Positions 22,962-24,094 of a stretch of 24,094 bases of DNA are shown here, in pieces. A program made the translations under genes and the position numbers. The DNA comes from an uncultured virus (IMG/VR IMGVR_UViG_3300032214_001084) (Duplodnaviria; Heunggongvirae; Uroviricota; Caudoviricetes), in the IMG/VR virus record IMGVR_UViG_3300032214_001084, one strand, 5' to 3'. The stretch's first letter is position 1. The number at the start of each line of letters is the position of its first letter. A model generated the notes under the pieces. The model was not told the DNA's origin and searched no databases. It saw only the letters and a program-made list of their open reading frames with translations.

Positions 22962-23783
22962 ATGGCGTTACCAGCAATTCTTGCACCTGTTGCCGGGGCT
23001 GCCACCTCGTGGGGCTTAGGTAAATTATTTGGCGGCGAAGATGGCAGCAGTAGTCAGTCGTCTGATCCGTATGTCCAATTCGCGGCTCAGATGGCCGCTC
23101 AAAACAACCCTTTAACTGCCACTTATCAAGGGTTAAGTCTCCTGCAGGGCGCATTAGCAGGCGCTCTTGGTCAGGAGGCTACGACTAAAGCTTCGGCTCA
23201 GCTGAGTATTCTTACCGAAGCTCTACAGCGGGCTCAAAAGGACGCTACTTTGCAAGCCTCTGTAGCAGGTTATGCTTCCGGTAAAGGTCTTGATACTCTA
23301 TACAATTTAGGACAAGCAAAACTGGGAACTGAACTGCAGTCTCCCCAATTCTTGGCTCAAGCTGGTTCCGCTGCTCTTGCCGGCGAGAACCAATTAGCGA
23401 ATCAAGTAGGCAGCACAAACCTGGGTGTTCGTGCCTACCAGGAGCAACTCCGTGGCGACATCGCCAAGAATCAAGCAGAAACTTTAAGCAGTATCGCATC
23501 TACTAGGGCGGACAACGAAGGTCGACTTGCTCTGGGTGCGCAACAGTTTGAATCTGGTTTTAACTTAGCTGAGCAGCAGTTCCGGCAATCTTCGCAATTA
23601 GGCGAACAGCAATTCCGGCAGGCCGCTCAGTTGGGGGCTCAGCAGTATCAACAAGCCGCTCAGTTAGATAAAGTACGGACACTTGGTGACTTAGCACGAA
23701 CTAGAGCAAATACCAAAGCTCAGATAGCTATAAAAGAGTGGGGAGCTAACAAAGCTCTTGCAGGTGTACGACTTTTTACATGA
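22962..23783 (+). CDS. Ala/Gln-rich probable virion (DNA pilot/ejection-type) protein with 11-aa repeats
   Basis: MALPAILAPVAGAA..GLGKLFGG; L(G/A)(A/E)QQ(F/Y) repeats every 11 aa. Confidence 0.7.
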   Translation: MALPAILAPVAGAATSWGLGKLFGGEDGSSSQSSDPYVQFAAQMAAQNNPLTATYQGLSLLQGALAGALGQEATTKASAQLSILTEALQRAQKDATLQASVAGYASGKGLDTLYNLGQAKLGTELQSPQFLAQAGSAALAGENQLANQVGSTNLGVRAYQEQLRGDIAKNQAETLSSIASTRADNEGRLALGAQQFESGFNLAEQQFRQSSQLGEQQFRQAAQLGAQQYQQAAQLDKVRTLGDLARTRANTKAQIAIKEWGANKALAGVRLFT

Positions 23784-24094
23784 TTAAGTCAACTATCGGT
23801 GATTCAACTTCTGTTGGGGCTTGGCTAGGTTCTCTAGAAAAGTCCCAGCAGGACGCATTTAAACACTACGCAAAAAACTCCACGAGCGACATCGAGGCTT
23901 ATCTCTACGCTCGTTTTTTAAAACCAAGTTATACCGGTTCAATATCCGATTTAACAGCGTGGATTCAAGAGAAGTACCCCAAAGAAGATCTACGAAAGGT
24001 TTTGCTTATTGAGATTGATTCATTAAAAACTGACTTGCATAACGTAAGGCAAATGACCCTTACCGGCATGTTGGATCATGCAACTGCCGCCACG
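23780..24094 (+). CDS. hypothetical protein (runs off window end)
   Basis: ATGA overlap; MIKSTIGDSTSVGAWLGSLEKSQQDAFKHYAKN... open to the edge. Confidence 0.8.
   Translation, partial: MIKSTIGDSTSVGAWLGSLEKSQQDAFKHYAKNSTSDIEAYLYARFLKPSYTGSISDLTAWIQEKYPKEDLRKVLLIEIDSLKTDLHNVRQMTLTGMLDHATAAT

Overview
This looks like part of a cyanophage (cyanobacterial dsDNA phage) genome. The left ~9 kb is a dense minus-strand array of small early-type genes: dCTP deaminase, a MarR-type HTH, an L,D-transpeptidase-like protein, SH3b and RlpA-like envelope proteins, and many 50-120 aa hypotheticals with repeated C/A-rich leaders. At ~9.0-10.9 kb the coding strand switches. That region holds an antisense HNH endonuclease, a ~750-nt highly base-paired non-coding stretch, two tandem leftward promoters sharing a palindrome at identical spacing, a boxA-like element and a 76-bp perfectly alternating purine/pyrimidine tract. 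The right half is mostly plus strand: two tRNAs (CAT, Leu-TAA), probable virion proteins, and a DUF4278-like gene under an NtcA box followed by three RNA elements including an atypical tRNA-like RNA. It also carries a second ~250-nt structured RNA, methyltransferase, glycosyltransferase, YkgJ-like, NrdR-like and HTH genes, and Gly/Ala/Gln-rich probable virion proteins. All family calls come from recognising motifs by eye, and all RNA structures from manual base pairing; no searches or folding programs were run.
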